A stretch of 64,000 bases of DNA, taken from the NCBI RefSeq assembly GCF_056746865.1, contig NZ_CM163382.1; one strand, 5' to 3'. Below are positions 35,754-48,120 of this stretch, piece after piece. Under the pieces are notes generated by a model. It searched no databases, was not told the DNA's origin, and worked only from the letters and a program-made list of their open reading frames with translations. Position 1 is the stretch's first letter; each line of letters starts with the position of its first letter. A program made the position numbers and the translations under genes.

Positions 35754-37733
35754 ATGAACTTACAAGACAAAGAACAAAGCGCCAAACTCTCCAGTGCTAT
35801 TTGGCGTATGGCAGATGATTTATGGGGTGATTTCAAACACACCGATTTTGCGCGGATTATCCTGCCATTTTTGCTACTGCGTCGTATTGAATGCGTGTTA
35901 GAACCCACCCGTGAGGAAGTTCGTAAGTTCTATCTGGCCGAAAAACAATCCGGCATAGACCTTGGTTTAGTGTTGCCAGAAATTGCGGGATTCGCCTTTT
36001 ACAACACCAGTGAATATAGCCTAGAAACCTTAGGCGCGTCAGACACCGGCGACAACCTAGAACACTACATCAGCCAGTTCAGCAAAAACGTTCGTACCAT
36101 CTTTGATGAGTTTAAATTTGGTCAAACCATAGAAGATCTGGAAAAAGCCAAGTTGCTGTATCGCATGGTAAACCATTTTGCCAACCTCGACTTGCATCCT
36201 GATGTAGTGTCTGACCGCGTATTATCAGATGCTTATGAAGAGCTGATTCTAAAGTTCGCCAGTTCGGTTAATGAAAAGGCCGGGGAATTTATGACCCCGC
36301 GTGATGCCGTGCGTCTTGCCACCAAACTGGTGCTGGCGGCGGATGAAGATATCTTTAGTGAAAAGGGTGTGATCCGCACCATCTATGACCCAACCTGTGG
36401 CACGGGCGGTTTCCTTTCCGATGCCATTAGCCAAATTGAAGAAATGGGCAGCAGCGCTAAAGTCGTGCCTTTTGGTCAAGAGCTCGACCCCGCGACCCAT
36501 GCCATGGCGCTGACCAATATGATGATCCGCGGTTTTGATGCCAATAACATCAAGCAAGGCAACACCTTATCAGACGATCAGTTACGTGCCGACAAGTTTC
36601 ACTACGGCCTTGCCAACCCGCCATTTGGCATTAAGTGGGAAAAAGCCAAGAAAGAAGTAGAACGTGAGCACAAACAGCTCAAATACGCCGGACGCTTTGG
36701 GCCAGGCCTGCCGAGTATTTCTGATGGTTCAATGCTGTTTTTACTGCACTTGGTATCAAAAATGGAAACGCCGGAAAATGGTGGTGGCCGAGTGGGTATA
36801 GTCCTTTCTGGCTCGCCACTGTTTAATGGCGATGCAGGCTCAGGCCCATCAGAAATCCGCCGTTGGCTGCTAGAACAAGACTTAGTCGAAGCGATTGTTG
36901 CCCTGCCAACCGATATGTTCTTCAACACCGGCATTGGCACCTACATCTGGATTTTGACTAACCATAAAGAGCCAAGACGCAAGAATCAGGTGCAACTGAT
37001 TAACTTGGCAGATATTTGGACTCCCATGCGTAAATCGCAAGGCGATAAGCGCAAGTACCTGAGTGATGAACAGATTGACGATATTGTCCGTGCGTACGAT
37101 GGCTTTGAAGCCAGTGACAACTGTAAGATCTTCCAGACTACTGATTTTGCCTACCGTAAAGTCACCATTCAGCGTCCACTGCGTGCCAAACTAGATATTA
37201 CCGCTGCGGGCATTGCTGCATTTGTGCAGCAAGATACGTTTAAAAAACTCAAACCAGAGCAACAAGCGGCATGGGTACAATACCTCACCGATAACCTTGG
37301 CCTTCAGCCTTATGAATGGGCACGTTTGGCGGTTAAGAAGAATAACAATAAGGGTGACTTTGGTAAGTGCTCAAAAGCACTGGCTACGGCCTTAACTGCG
37401 CACTTTGTAAAAATTGATCCGCAATTTGAGCCTGCACTGGATGAAAAAGGCCAAGTGATCGCCGACCCTAAACTCAAAGACACCGAAAGCATTCCTTTTG
37501 ACCGCGACGTTGAAGATTACTTCGCACAAGAGGTGCTGCCACATGTACCGGATGCCTTTATTGATCACTCAGTGCGTGATGAAAAAGACGGCGAAGTGGG
37601 CATTGTCGGTTATGAAATTAACTTTAACCGCTATTTCTACCAATACGTGCCACCACGCGAGTTGAGTGTGATTGATCGTGAGCTAAAAGCATGTGAAGCG
37701 CGCATTCAGGCTCTGCTGAATGAGGTGGCGTAA
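35754..37733 (+). CDS. hsdM: Type I restriction-modification methyltransferase subunit HsdM
   Basis: 659 aa; SAM-binding TCGTGGFL-type motif and catalytic NPPFG. Confidence 0.85.
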   Translation: MNLQDKEQSAKLSSAIWRMADDLWGDFKHTDFARIILPFLLLRRIECVLEPTREEVRKFYLAEKQSGIDLGLVLPEIAGFAFYNTSEYSLETLGASDTGDNLEHYISQFSKNVRTIFDEFKFGQTIEDLEKAKLLYRMVNHFANLDLHPDVVSDRVLSDAYEELILKFASSVNEKAGEFMTPRDAVRLATKLVLAADEDIFSEKGVIRTIYDPTCGTGGFLSDAISQIEEMGSSAKVVPFGQELDPATHAMALTNMMIRGFDANNIKQGNTLSDDQLRADKFHYGLANPPFGIKWEKAKKEVEREHKQLKYAGRFGPGLPSISDGSMLFLLHLVSKMETPENGGGRVGIVLSGSPLFNGDAGSGPSEIRRWLLEQDLVEAIVALPTDMFFNTGIGTYIWILTNHKEPRRKNQVQLINLADIWTPMRKSQGDKRKYLSDEQIDDIVRAYDGFEASDNCKIFQTTDFAYRKVTIQRPLRAKLDITAAGIAAFVQQDTFKKLKPEQQAAWVQYLTDNLGLQPYEWARLAVKKNNNKGDFGKCSKALATALTAHFVKIDPQFEPALDEKGQVIADPKLKDTESIPFDRDVEDYFAQEVLPHVPDAFIDHSVRDEKDGEVGIVGYEINFNRYFYQYVPPRELSVIDRELKACEARIQALLNEVA

Positions 37734-39019
37734 TGAATGCTGGCAACATAGTAGATGCTTTCGTATCTGACTCGAAATGGAACTCAGTACCAGCTAAACG
37801 TTTATTTACGAGTAGCAAAGAAATCAATCAAGGAATGAAAGAATCTAATCGTCTTGCACTAACAATGAAAGGTGTCATAAACCGCTCGTTAGACGATTTA
37901 CAAGGACTTCAATCTTCTGATTACTCTGTTTATCAGATTTTTGAAAAAGATGACTTAGTTTTTAAGCTCATAGATCTTGAAAATATAAAGACTAGCCGAG
38001 TGGGGATTGTGCATGAACGAGGAATAATGAGCCCTGCATACATCCGTGTTTCAGCGAGTTCAAATAGCATCTACCCAAGGTTCTATTACTGGTACTTTTT
38101 TGCTCTATACCTAACCAATATTTATAACAAACTGGGTGGAGGAGTTCGTCAGAACCTAACAGCTGGTGATCTTTTAGAAATACCTGTTCCACTGATTGAT
38201 ATTTCATTACAGAAGCAGGTTAGCACATTCCTTGATCGCGAAACCCAGCGCATCGACAGTCTGATCGAGGAAAAGCAGACCTTTATTAAGCTGCTCAAAG
38301 AAAAACGCCAAGCACTGATCAGCCATGTGGTCACAAAGGGGCTCTATCCCAATGTGGAGATGCAGGACTCTGGCATCGAGTGGATTGGGCAAGTGCCGAA
38401 GCATTGGGAAGTCAAAAAGATAAAGCATATTTGCTCCAACTTTATGTATGGAACCTCTCAAGACTGTAACCAGTCTGATGTTGGCTATCCTGTTCTCAGG
38501 ATACCAAACATCAAGAGTACCAATGTTGATTTTGAAGATCTCAAATATGCAAATATCAGTGATGTTGATGCTTTAACTTATCTTTTATCAAGAGGCGACA
38601 TTTTAGTCATCAGAACTAACGGTAACCCTAATCTGGTCGGCCAAAGCGCGCTTTTTGATTCAAATGGGCAGTATTTATTTGCGTCGTACCTAATAAAGTT
38701 AACACCAAAGCAAGGAGTGGATACTAGCTTCTTAGTGGAAGCGATGAACTCACTATCTGTTCGTCAAGCATTAACATTTCAGTCAAGAACATCGGTAGGT
38801 AACTACAACCTGAGCATTCCTTCACTAGCTAATACAAGTATTGCTATCCCACCAATTGATGAGCAAAAGACAATAACGAATTACTTGAGTGCAGCAACGA
38901 TAAACATTGATTTACTGATTCAAGAGACTGATAAATCGATTGATCTTCTAAAAGAACACCGCACATCGCTGATCAACGCGGCTGTCACAGGAAAAATAGA
39001 CGTCAGGGAGGCGGTGTAA
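37733..39019 (+). CDS. hsdS: Type I R-M specificity subunit HsdS
   Basis: 428 aa with two variable AT-rich target-recognition regions separated by a conserved coiled-coil segment; overlaps hsdM stop and hsdR start. Confidence 0.8.
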   Translation: MNAGNIVDAFVSDSKWNSVPAKRLFTSSKEINQGMKESNRLALTMKGVINRSLDDLQGLQSSDYSVYQIFEKDDLVFKLIDLENIKTSRVGIVHERGIMSPAYIRVSASSNSIYPRFYYWYFFALYLTNIYNKLGGGVRQNLTAGDLLEIPVPLIDISLQKQVSTFLDRETQRIDSLIEEKQTFIKLLKEKRQALISHVVTKGLYPNVEMQDSGIEWIGQVPKHWEVKKIKHICSNFMYGTSQDCNQSDVGYPVLRIPNIKSTNVDFEDLKYANISDVDALTYLLSRGDILVIRTNGNPNLVGQSALFDSNGQYLFASYLIKLTPKQGVDTSFLVEAMNSLSVRQALTFQSRTSVGNYNLSIPSLANTSIAIPPIDEQKTITNYLSAATINIDLLIQETDKSIDLLKEHRTSLINAAVTGKIDVREAV

Positions 39020-42000
39020 TGGCTGCACATCATGAAGTGCATTTTGAACAATATATTACCGAGCAGTTGGTGAACAATGGCTGGAAAGAAGGCCATTCCT
39101 GCCACTATGACCAGCAACGCGCCCTTTACCCGCAAGATGTCATGGATTGGGTAAAGGCCACCCAGCCAGATGCCTGGCACAAACTGAATAAACTGCATGG
39201 TGTGAATGCCGAGCAGGTGCTGTTGGAGCGTTTGGAAAAAGCCCTCTCTTCCCACAAAGCTGGCAGTAAAACAGGTGGCACCATTAATGTGCTGCGTAAA
39301 GGCTTTACCATTGCAGGTTGCGGCACGATTGCCATGGGCCAACGCAAACCCGAAGATGCGCGCAATGAAGAGCGTATAGCCCGTTATGAGCACAACATTT
39401 TGCGCGTGGTGCGCCAACTGAAATATTGCCCGACTCGCGAGTGGGAAATTGACTTGGTGTTCTTTATCAACGGTCTACCCGTTGCCACCGCCGAGCTAAA
39501 AACCGATTTTACCCAGTCGCTAGAATCGGCGATTGCGCAGTACAAAGAGGATCGTCTGCCCGTTGACCCAAAAACCAAGCGTAAAGAGCCGCTGTTAACC
39601 TTTAAACGCGGTGCAGTGGTACATTTTGCCATGTCTGATACAGAAATCGCCATGGCGACCAAACTGGCGGGAGAAAATACCTATTTTCTGCCCTTCAATA
39701 AAGGCCATGATGGTTCTACCTCTGATTTGCCCGTACACATCAACTTGCCGGGTGAAGATGGAGAGTATCCGGTCAGCTATTTTTGGCAAGAAATTGCCCA
39801 AAAAGATAATTGGCTACGCATTTTCTACAGCTTTGTGTATGTCGAAACCAAAGAGGTTGCCGATAGCAATGGCAAGGTTGAGCGTAAGGAAACACAGATT
39901 TTTCCGCGTTATCATCAGTTAGCCGCAGTCAACAAGATGATTGATGATGCCCGCCAGAACGGCGCAGGCATGCAGTATCTTTGTGAGCACAGCGCCGGTT
40001 CGGGAAAAACCTCTACCATAGCCTGGACGGCCCATGATTTGATTCGTTTACGCAGCACCGATGGTAAAGCGGTCTTTAAATCAGTGATCATTGTGACCGA
40101 CCGCACCGTGCTGGATTCGCAGTTGCAAGATGCGGTGCAACAGCTGGATCATCAATATGGGGTGATTAAGGTGATTGATCGCGAAAAGAGCAGCGAGTCG
40201 AAATCAAAACAGCTGACTGAAGCGCTATTGACTGGCACGCCGATCATTGTAGTGACGATTCAAACCTTCCCATATGCGTTAGAAGCGATTCTGACCAATC
40301 AATCTTTGGCACAAAGTAACTTTGCGGTGATCATCGATGAAGCACACACCTCGCAAACAGGCTCTACAGCCAAAGGGTTACGCGCAGCGCTTACTCTAAA
40401 CCTTAGCCCTCAAGAGTTGGAGCAAATGAGCATTGAGGACATTCTTACTAAGGTGCAAGAAGCGCGCGCCATGCCCAAGAACGTTTCGCACTTTGCTTTT
40501 ACGGCAACACCCAAGCACAGCACCAAGATGTTGTTTGGCCGCCCGAAAGACCCTAACCAACCAGTGTCAGATGACAATCTTCCTGAATCGTTCCACCTCT
40601 ACACCCAACGTCAGGCCATTGATGAGGGTTTTATTCTTGATGTGCTGGAGAATTACACCCACTACGATACAGCCTACAAAATTGGTGAGAACAATCTGGA
40701 TGAGAAGCGCGTAGACAGCAAACAAGCTCGCCGCGCGTTGGCGCGCTGGATGTCACTGCACCCAACCACGGTCAGCCAAAAAGTCGAATTTATTATTAAG
40801 CACTTCAAGGCCAATATCGCTCACCTACTGGAAGGTGAAGCCAAAGCCATGGTGGTCACATCGGGCAGGCCACAGGCGGTGAAATACAAGCTTGCTTTTG
40901 ATAAATACATTAAAAAGCATGGTATTGAAGGTATCCAAGCCTTGGTTGCCTTCTCGGGCAAAGTCCCCGGCAAAGATTTGGGTGATGAAGACAGCCAAGA
41001 CCCGCTAGAAATTGATTTCGATAAAGAGTACACCGAGTACAACTTAAACCCAGACACGCACGGGGCTGACCTGCGCCATGAGTTTGAGAAAACCGAATAT
41101 CGCGTCATGTTAGTCGCCAACAAGTTCCAAACGGGCTTTAATCAACCAAAACTGGTTGCCATGTATTTGGATAAGAAAATATCCGATGTAGAAGCGGTGC
41201 AAACGCTGTCTCGCCTAAACCGCACCTATCCAGGCAAAGACACAACCTTCGTGATTGATTTTGTTAACGATCCACAAACCATTCTCAATGCGTTCAAAAA
41301 GTACGACAAAGGCGCGCAGCTTAATGAAGTGCAAGATGTGAACGTCATCTATGACATCAAAGATATTTTGGATGAACAGAACATATACAACCATCAAGAT
41401 TTAGAGTTGTTTAAGCAAGCGCGTGGTAAATCGATTCTCGGCCAATCACCTGACAAAAAGTCACACGCGCACAAGAAACTGCTAGCTGCCACACAACGCC
41501 CTACCGATGTGTTCAACGTTAAGCTCAAAGAGCTGGTTGATGCTGCAAACCATTGGGATCAGCAATACAACAAAGCGCACCTTGCGGGTGATGAAAAAGC
41601 GGCGAACTACGCAGAATCTCAGCGCAGTGATTTCACCAAGCAGCGCGAAGCACTAATGCGTTTTAAGTCAGATTTAGCTCGATTTGTGAAGCACTATAGC
41701 TATATGAACCGCCCCGGGTTTCCTGGAGAGTGTTTTATCTGTGAACTCAGGCTGCCAGATCATCGTTTCCGATGGAAGCATAATAAGCTTTTTCTGCTTC
41801 TGCCGGAGGAGTATGGCCCAGCCTTCCCAGCAATCGTCGATTGTTATACCAGTCCACCCACGTTAGTGTGGCCAGTTCCACTTCTGCACGGTTTTTCCAG
41901 CTCTTACGGTGTATTACCTCCGCTTTGTAAAGACCATTGATGCTCTCAGCCATCGCGTTGTCATACGAGTCGCCTGTACTCCCTGTTGATGCCAGTAATC

Positions 42001-43568
42001 CGGCTTCTTTTAGTCGCTCCGTATAGGCCAGTGACACATACTGAGAGCCTTTATCGCTGTGATGGATGGTGCCAGACGGACGACGGGCCCACAACGCCTG
42101 CTCCAGCGCATCCAGCACGAATGTCGTTTCCATAGACGATGAGACCCGCCACCCCACGATGTATCCGGCAAACACATCAATGATAAACGCCACATAGACG
42201 AAGCCCTGCCATGTGCTGACGTAAGTAAAATCAGCCACCCACAGCTGGTCAGGTCGTTCTGCCACGAACTGACGGTTTACGCGGTCGCCTGCGGCAACGG
42301 CTTTCCGGCTGATGGTCGTACGGACCTTTTTACCCCGGAGAACACCGGCAAGTCCCATAACCGCCATGAGACGTGCCACTGTACATCTGGCCACCCTGAT
42401 TCCTTCCCGTAACAACTGACGCCAGACTTTACGCACACCGTACACCTGATGATTTTCATCGTATACGCGCTGTATCTCTCTCTTCAGCCAGTCGTCGTGC
42501 TGCGCACGGGCACTGCGTTTATCCGGATGATGTCGCTGTTGCTGACAATGGTAATACGTTGACGGGGCAATATGCAGTTCGCTGCATACCGGTCCGACCC
42601 CGTACTGCTCACGCAGCTTATCCAGCAGTGGCATCATTTTTTCCAGAGGCGGTCGAACTCCGCCTTCGCAAAATAAGCGGAAGCCTGGCGAAGGATATCG
42701 TTACTGCGGCGCAGTTCACGATTTTCACGTTCCAGCTCTTTCAGACGCTGACGTTCAGCGCTGGTGAGCCCACCATCACCGCCCCCGGTATCCCGCTCAT
42801 GCTGGCGAACCCAGACACGCAGAGTCTCCGGCGTACAGCCAATCTTTGGGGCAATGGAACAAATTGCCGCCCACTGTGAGTCATATTCATCCTGACTTTC
42901 CAGAACCATACGAATCGCCCGCTGACGGACTTCGGGGGAAAAACGAGTATTTTTAGTCATCCTGTTTACCTCTTTCTCAGGGAGTTTAGTCTCCAGGATT
43001 TCCGGGGCGGTTCAATATGGCGCAATTGATTGAGTTTGGTGATCCTGAACTGGAAAACTTTGCCGCGTTTGCTCATTTGCTATCACGTCGATTGAAAGGG
43101 GTAACACCAGAAAACATCGATCTCAGTGCACTGGTACTAGAAAAATTCAAAATCAAATACGACAAAGAGCCGCTTCCAGAAGCGTTTAATCAGGTACTTG
43201 AACCTATCCGCCCCAACTATAACGACCCTGCGGATCGTGAACAGGCATTTCTTGCCGATATCATTCGCCGCCTAAACGAACTGTTTGGCGATGTCGGCGA
43301 CGAACCCGGTCGCCGAAACTTTGCCAACGGTACTATTACGCGTGTCACCCAAAATCCAATTGTGGTTGAGCAGATAGAAAAGCACGACAAGTCGATTGCC
43401 CTCAAAGGCGACTTGCCGCAAGCGGTGAAGCAAGCCGTTGTGCAGGCTCTGCTGAAAGAAGGTGATATAGCCCGAACGCTACTCAAAGACCCACAAGTTA
43501 TGGCAAGTTATGTTGAGTTGATTTTTGACATGATGAAGCAAGGTGCAGAACAGGCGGCGGTGAAATAA
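39019..43568 (+). pseudogene. hsdR: Type I restriction enzyme R subunit HsdR, split by IS629 (insert 41705-43014)
   Basis: Helicase motifs (SAGSGKTS, DEAH-box-like IIDEAH); the frame is continuous across the insertion once IS629 and one ATA duplication are removed. Confidence 0.8.
41705..43014 (-). mobile_element. IS629, copy 1 (1310 bp), 3-bp target duplication ATA
   Basis: Ends TGAACCGCCCCGGGTTTCC... and ...GGTTCA; OrfA 42634-42960 and OrfB 41747-42637 match IS629 from memory. Confidence 0.9.
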
Positions 43569-44122
43569 TGAATACTGCGTTTCGGGTTTTACTTACGTTC
43601 AATGCAACATCACTACTAGTGATTATCTTTGCGGTACAAAAAGGGTACTCACTCGGATATTTCTTTGGTGGTTTCGCTTGCTTCGATTGGATAGCAGCAC
43701 TTCCGAACGCAGTATCATATTTACTCTATTTTCTTATCCCTGTTTTATCGACTGGATTGAGTATTTGGCTGAGTAAGTATTTGGGTAAAGACGATTTTAA
43801 GGCGGGTGAAGTAGCGAGTATTGAGCATGCCAATAACAGCTTCCTACCAAGTTATTTGGGTTACTTTTTCGTGGCGTTGAGCATTGGTAACTGGGAGACA
43901 TTGTGGTTTGTTTATGGCGTTTTGTTTGTTTTTACTCTCTTATCGCAAGCACTCTACTTTAACCCATTGTTTTTACTGTTTGGTTATGAGTTTTATAACA
44001 TTACAACCAAAAACGGAACGGCCATTTTCCTTATTAGCCGAGAGCGCTACAAGAAGCCAGATGACATCGAAATATCATTGGCTTATCGAATCAATAATTA
44101 CACATTTATCGAGCGAGGATAA
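43568..44122 (+). CDS. Hypothetical integral membrane protein (about 4 TM), first gene of candidate defence cassette
   Basis: 184 aa; hydrophobic segments near residues 5-23, 29-66 and 92-150; start overlaps hsdR stop (TAATG); AT-rich. Confidence 0.6.
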   Translation: MNTAFRVLLTFNATSLLVIIFAVQKGYSLGYFFGGFACFDWIAALPNAVSYLLYFLIPVLSTGLSIWLSKYLGKDDFKAGEVASIEHANNSFLPSYLGYFFVALSIGNWETLWFVYGVLFVFTLLSQALYFNPLFLLFGYEFYNITTKNGTAIFLISRERYKKPDDIEISLAYRINNYTFIERG

Positions 44123-44964
44123 TGATGGACCATGTACTGGCACATATAAAAACTAGAGCAAAAAAACGCATTTTCAAATTGGTTTCTGATCAATCTCTTT
44201 TTGATACCGTCACAATCGACTTAAATGCCTGTATTCCATACAATCCAGACCATAACCTTGACGAAGACTCATGGTTTAAAATTGAAGACTTTAGTCAAAA
44301 AGAGTTTTGTATTGAACTGCTAAAAAAAGACTATGATTCAAAAGACTACGATGACTTAACCAAAGATAACTTCGCCAAGATCGCCTACTTATTTGCAATT
44401 CAAGGTAATGATTTTTACTTTCAAAAAATCACTCCAAGCCTATTCGTAAAACGCAAAACGCTTGTTTTTGGTGAAGCCGCAGAAATTGAGAAGAGCCAAA
44501 CACGTTTAGTAATAAACGCCTTACCTGATGCAGTGTACTTCAAAGTGGCCGATACCTTGATATTCAAAAATCTGGCAACGATCTCGAGCATTTTTAAAGG
44601 TATCGATGAGTTGTACAAGGAAGCAACAAAAGAAGAAGTTGAGCAGTTTTTAGATGCACAGTTTATAGAGTTGGGTAATGACTACAACGTAGATAGCGTC
44701 TCAAAACCTAATAGAAAACGTATTGGCCTTGCTATGGCAACACTTGATGCGATGTCTGCTGACGATAAAGCTAACATGCTTGATTATATCGACGGTTACT
44801 GCGGTGAACAGAAGCTGAAATTCGATAAAGAAAATCAGAAGTTTGAAATATCTAATGACGATGAGTTGAAGTTACTGCTTTATGGCATTGAACAACGCTT
44901 CTATACGACCCCGTTTGGCAAAGAAAAAAGGCTCGCTAACTCTGTAACCGCTATGGATAAATAA
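44122..44964 (+). CDS. Hypothetical soluble acidic protein, second gene of candidate defence cassette
   Basis: 280 aa, no recognised catalytic motif; start overlaps upstream stop (TAATG); AT-rich. Confidence 0.6.
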   Translation: MMDHVLAHIKTRAKKRIFKLVSDQSLFDTVTIDLNACIPYNPDHNLDEDSWFKIEDFSQKEFCIELLKKDYDSKDYDDLTKDNFAKIAYLFAIQGNDFYFQKITPSLFVKRKTLVFGEAAEIEKSQTRLVINALPDAVYFKVADTLIFKNLATISSIFKGIDELYKEATKEEVEQFLDAQFIELGNDYNVDSVSKPNRKRIGLAMATLDAMSADDKANMLDYIDGYCGEQKLKFDKENQKFEISNDDELKLLLYGIEQRFYTTPFGKEKRLANSVTAMDK

Positions 44965-44984
44965 TAGCCCATTATCAGTAACAT

Positions 44985-47347
44985 ATGAAGGTTGATTCAA
45001 TGGCCGATAACATCCCACAAGCTCCTCAAGGTGAGTTTGTTCTTTTCACCAGTGCTGATGGTCAAACCCGCGTTGAGTGTCGTTTTGAGTCTGACACCTT
45101 GTGGCTTTCTCAGGCTGCAATGGCAGAGCTTTATCAAGTTAGCTCTCAAGCAATCACCCAACACGTAAAAGCTGTCTATTCTGAAGAAGAGCTTGAGCAA
45201 ATTTCAACTTGTAAGGATTACTTACAAGTTCAACTGGAAGGTGGCAGAGAAGTAAAGCGAAGCATTCGTCACTACAGTCTTCCGGTTATTCTTGCAGTAG
45301 GATACCGAGTTCGCTCAACACGTGGCACCCAGTTCCGCCAATGGGCAACCAGAATGTTGCAAGTGAACCGCCCCGGGTTTCCTGGAGAGTGTTTTATCTG
45401 TGAACTCAGGCTGCCAGATCATCGTTTCCGATGGAAGCATAATAAGCTTTTTCTGCTTCTGCCGGAGGAGTATGGCCCAGCCTTCCCAGCAATCGTCGAT
45501 TGTTATACCAGTCCACCCACGTTAGTGTGGCCAGTTCCACTTCTGCACGGTTTTTCCAGCTCTTACGGTGTATTACCTCCGCTTTGTAAAGACCATTGAT
45601 GCTCTCAGCCATCGCGTTGTCATACGAGTCGCCTGTACTCCCTGTTGATGCCAGTAATCCGGCTTCTTTTAGTCGCTCCGTATAGGCCAGTGACACATAC
45701 TGAGAGCCTTTATCGCTGTGATGGATGGTGCCAGACGGACGACGGGCCCACAACGCCTGCTCCAGCGCATCCAGCACGAATGTCGTTTCCATAGACGATG
45801 AGACCCGCCACCCCACGATGTATCCGGCAAACACATCAATGATAAACGCCACATAGACGAAGCCCTGCCATGTGCTGACGTAAGTAAAATCAGCCACCCA
45901 CAGCTGGTCAGGTCGTTCTGCCACGAACTGACGGTTTACGCGGTCGCCTGCGGCAACGGCTTTCCGGCTGATGGTCGTACGGACCTTTTTACCCCGGAGA
46001 ACACCGGCAAGTCCCATAACCGCCATGAGACGTGCCACTGTACATCTGGCCACCCTGATTCCTTCCCGTAACAACTGACGCCAGACTTTACGCACACCGT
46101 ACACCTGATGATTTTCATCGTATACGCGCTGTATCTCTCTCTTCAGCCAGTCGTCGTGCTGCGCACGGGCACTGCGTTTATCCGGATGATGTCGCTGTTG
46201 CTGACAATGGTAATACGTTGACGGGGCAATATGCAGTTCGCTGCATACCGGTCCGACCCCGTACTGCTCACGCAGCTTATCCAGCAGTGGCATCATTTTT
46301 TCCAGAGGCGGTCGAACTCCGCCTTCGCAAAATAAGCGGAAGCCTGGCGAAGGATATCGTTACTGCGGCGCAGTTCACGATTTTCACGTTCCAGCTCTTT
46401 CAGACGCTGACGTTCAGCGCTGGTGAGCCCACCATCACCGCCCCCGGTATCCCGCTCATGCTGGCGAACCCAGACACGCAGAGTCTCCGGCGTACAGCCA
46501 ATCTTTGGGGCAATGGAACAAATTGCCGCCCACTGTGAGTCATATTCATCCTGACTTTCCAGAACCATACGAATCGCCCGCTGACGGACTTCGGGGGAAA
46601 AACGAGTATTTTTAGTCATCCTGTTTACCTCTTTCTCAGGGAGTTTAGTCTCCAGGATTTCCGGGGCGGTTCAAAGAATACCTAATCAAAGGATTCGTCA
46701 TGGATGACGAGCGCCTGAAAAATCCGCCCATTGGCCATTCTGCTGTGCCAGATTACTTTGATGAAATGCTGGAACGCATTCGTGATATCCGAGCTAGTGA
46801 GCGTCGCGTTTATCTGCGAGTCAAAGAAATCTTTACCATGGCTGCTGATTACGAGCCATCTAACCAAGAGACCAACCGCTTCTTCCAAACCATTCAGAAT
46901 AAGCTGCATTATGCTTGTACGCATATGACGGCTGCTGAGCTTATCGCCAGCCGTGTGGATGCCAGTAAGCCGGATATGGGCTTAACCAGCTATAAAGGCG
47001 ATGAAGTGCGCAAGACAGACGTTACTGTTGCCAAGAACTATTTGCGTGAAGACGAAATCAAAGAGCTTAATCGCATCGTCAATATGTGGCTCGACTTTGC
47101 TGAAGACCAAGCACTGCGTCGCAAGCAGGTATTTTTACAGGACTGGGCCGATAAGCTTGACCAGTTCTTGAGTTTTAACGATAGAGATGTATTAAACGGT
47201 GCAGGAAAAATCTCCAAGAAAGACGCTGATGACAAAGCGAAATTGGAGTTTGACCGCTTTGCCCAGCAGCGCCGTCGTTTAAAAGAAGCCGAAGGCGCAC
47301 GGGCCAATATCGCAGCCCTCAAGGCCATACTAAAAAAAGATAAATAG
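44985..47347 (+). pseudogene. rhuM: RhuM-family protein, split by IS629 (insert 45364-46673)
   Basis: N-terminal part ...YSLPVILAVGYRVRSTRGTQFRQWATRMLQ; frame continues after the IS once one AAG duplication is removed. Confidence 0.65.
45364..46673 (-). mobile_element. IS629, copy 2 (1310 bp), 3-bp target duplication AAG
   Basis: ORF products identical to copy 1; same orientation. Confidence 0.9.
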
Positions 47348-47404
47348 CCGATATAGTACAGCCCTGATCTCTAATGAGTTGAGGGCTGTGTTGTAAGATC
47401 ATAA

Positions 47405-48120
47405 CTATAAAGGATTATCCATCTTAAAATCGTCGATATCGCCTGTCATTTTGAATAGATTGGTGTCATTCCAACGGCACAGTTGTCTAACCCGCATTAG
47501 ATTTGAGTTGGCTCTGCGGATTATTGAGAAAGCATCTTCAACAGCAGTAATCACCGATTTTTCCCAATCTTGTGCTCGGGTAAAGGTGCTTTGTGAATAG
47601 CGATAATTGCCCTCACGGGGGAGGTAATGGCTGATCACCTGGTATTTGTCAGAATTCTTTTTAGGTTTAAACTCGTTGTAAACCCAGAAAATTTCGAGTT
47701 TTTTGTTTCTTTGCCTTACACGACAACCAAAATGACCTGGGTAGCCTTCAGAGTTTTTACCTCTATGTGCAACGTTGTTCAGCCAGAACAAGTCTGCAAT
47801 TTTTTGTGCTATGTAGAAGTAGCGGAGCTGTTCTATTTCGGTTGATTTATGGGTGTAGTGTAGATATTGCTCTGATATGGTTAAGGAAAAAGCATTGCGT
47901 CGTCTTGATTAACATTTGTGCTATTGACAATAAAGGTTTCCCAAATATTAATTTGTGTTTCTAGTCCTTTAAATGATTTTGAGAAGGCTTCTATGTACTC
48001 AGATTGCGGTTGATTTCCCCCATTTAGTGCTGCACCAAATGTAGCTATCTGTTGTTCTAAAAATGAATGATTTTTGGTCATTACATAATCCTCTGTGTGG
48101 TTGATACTGCGTATTTTCAT
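47405..48120 (-). pseudogene. Hypothetical protein, apparently frameshifted
   Basis: Two consecutive minus-strand ORFs (47881-48120 and 47405-47791) with a short gap; no family recognised. Confidence 0.3.

Noticed and set aside
39019-41940. 973-aa ORF taken as full-length hsdR
   Set aside because: The last 78 codons or so are read-through into the IS629 terminus (NRPGFPGECFICELR...); the true hsdR continues after the insertion at 43015.
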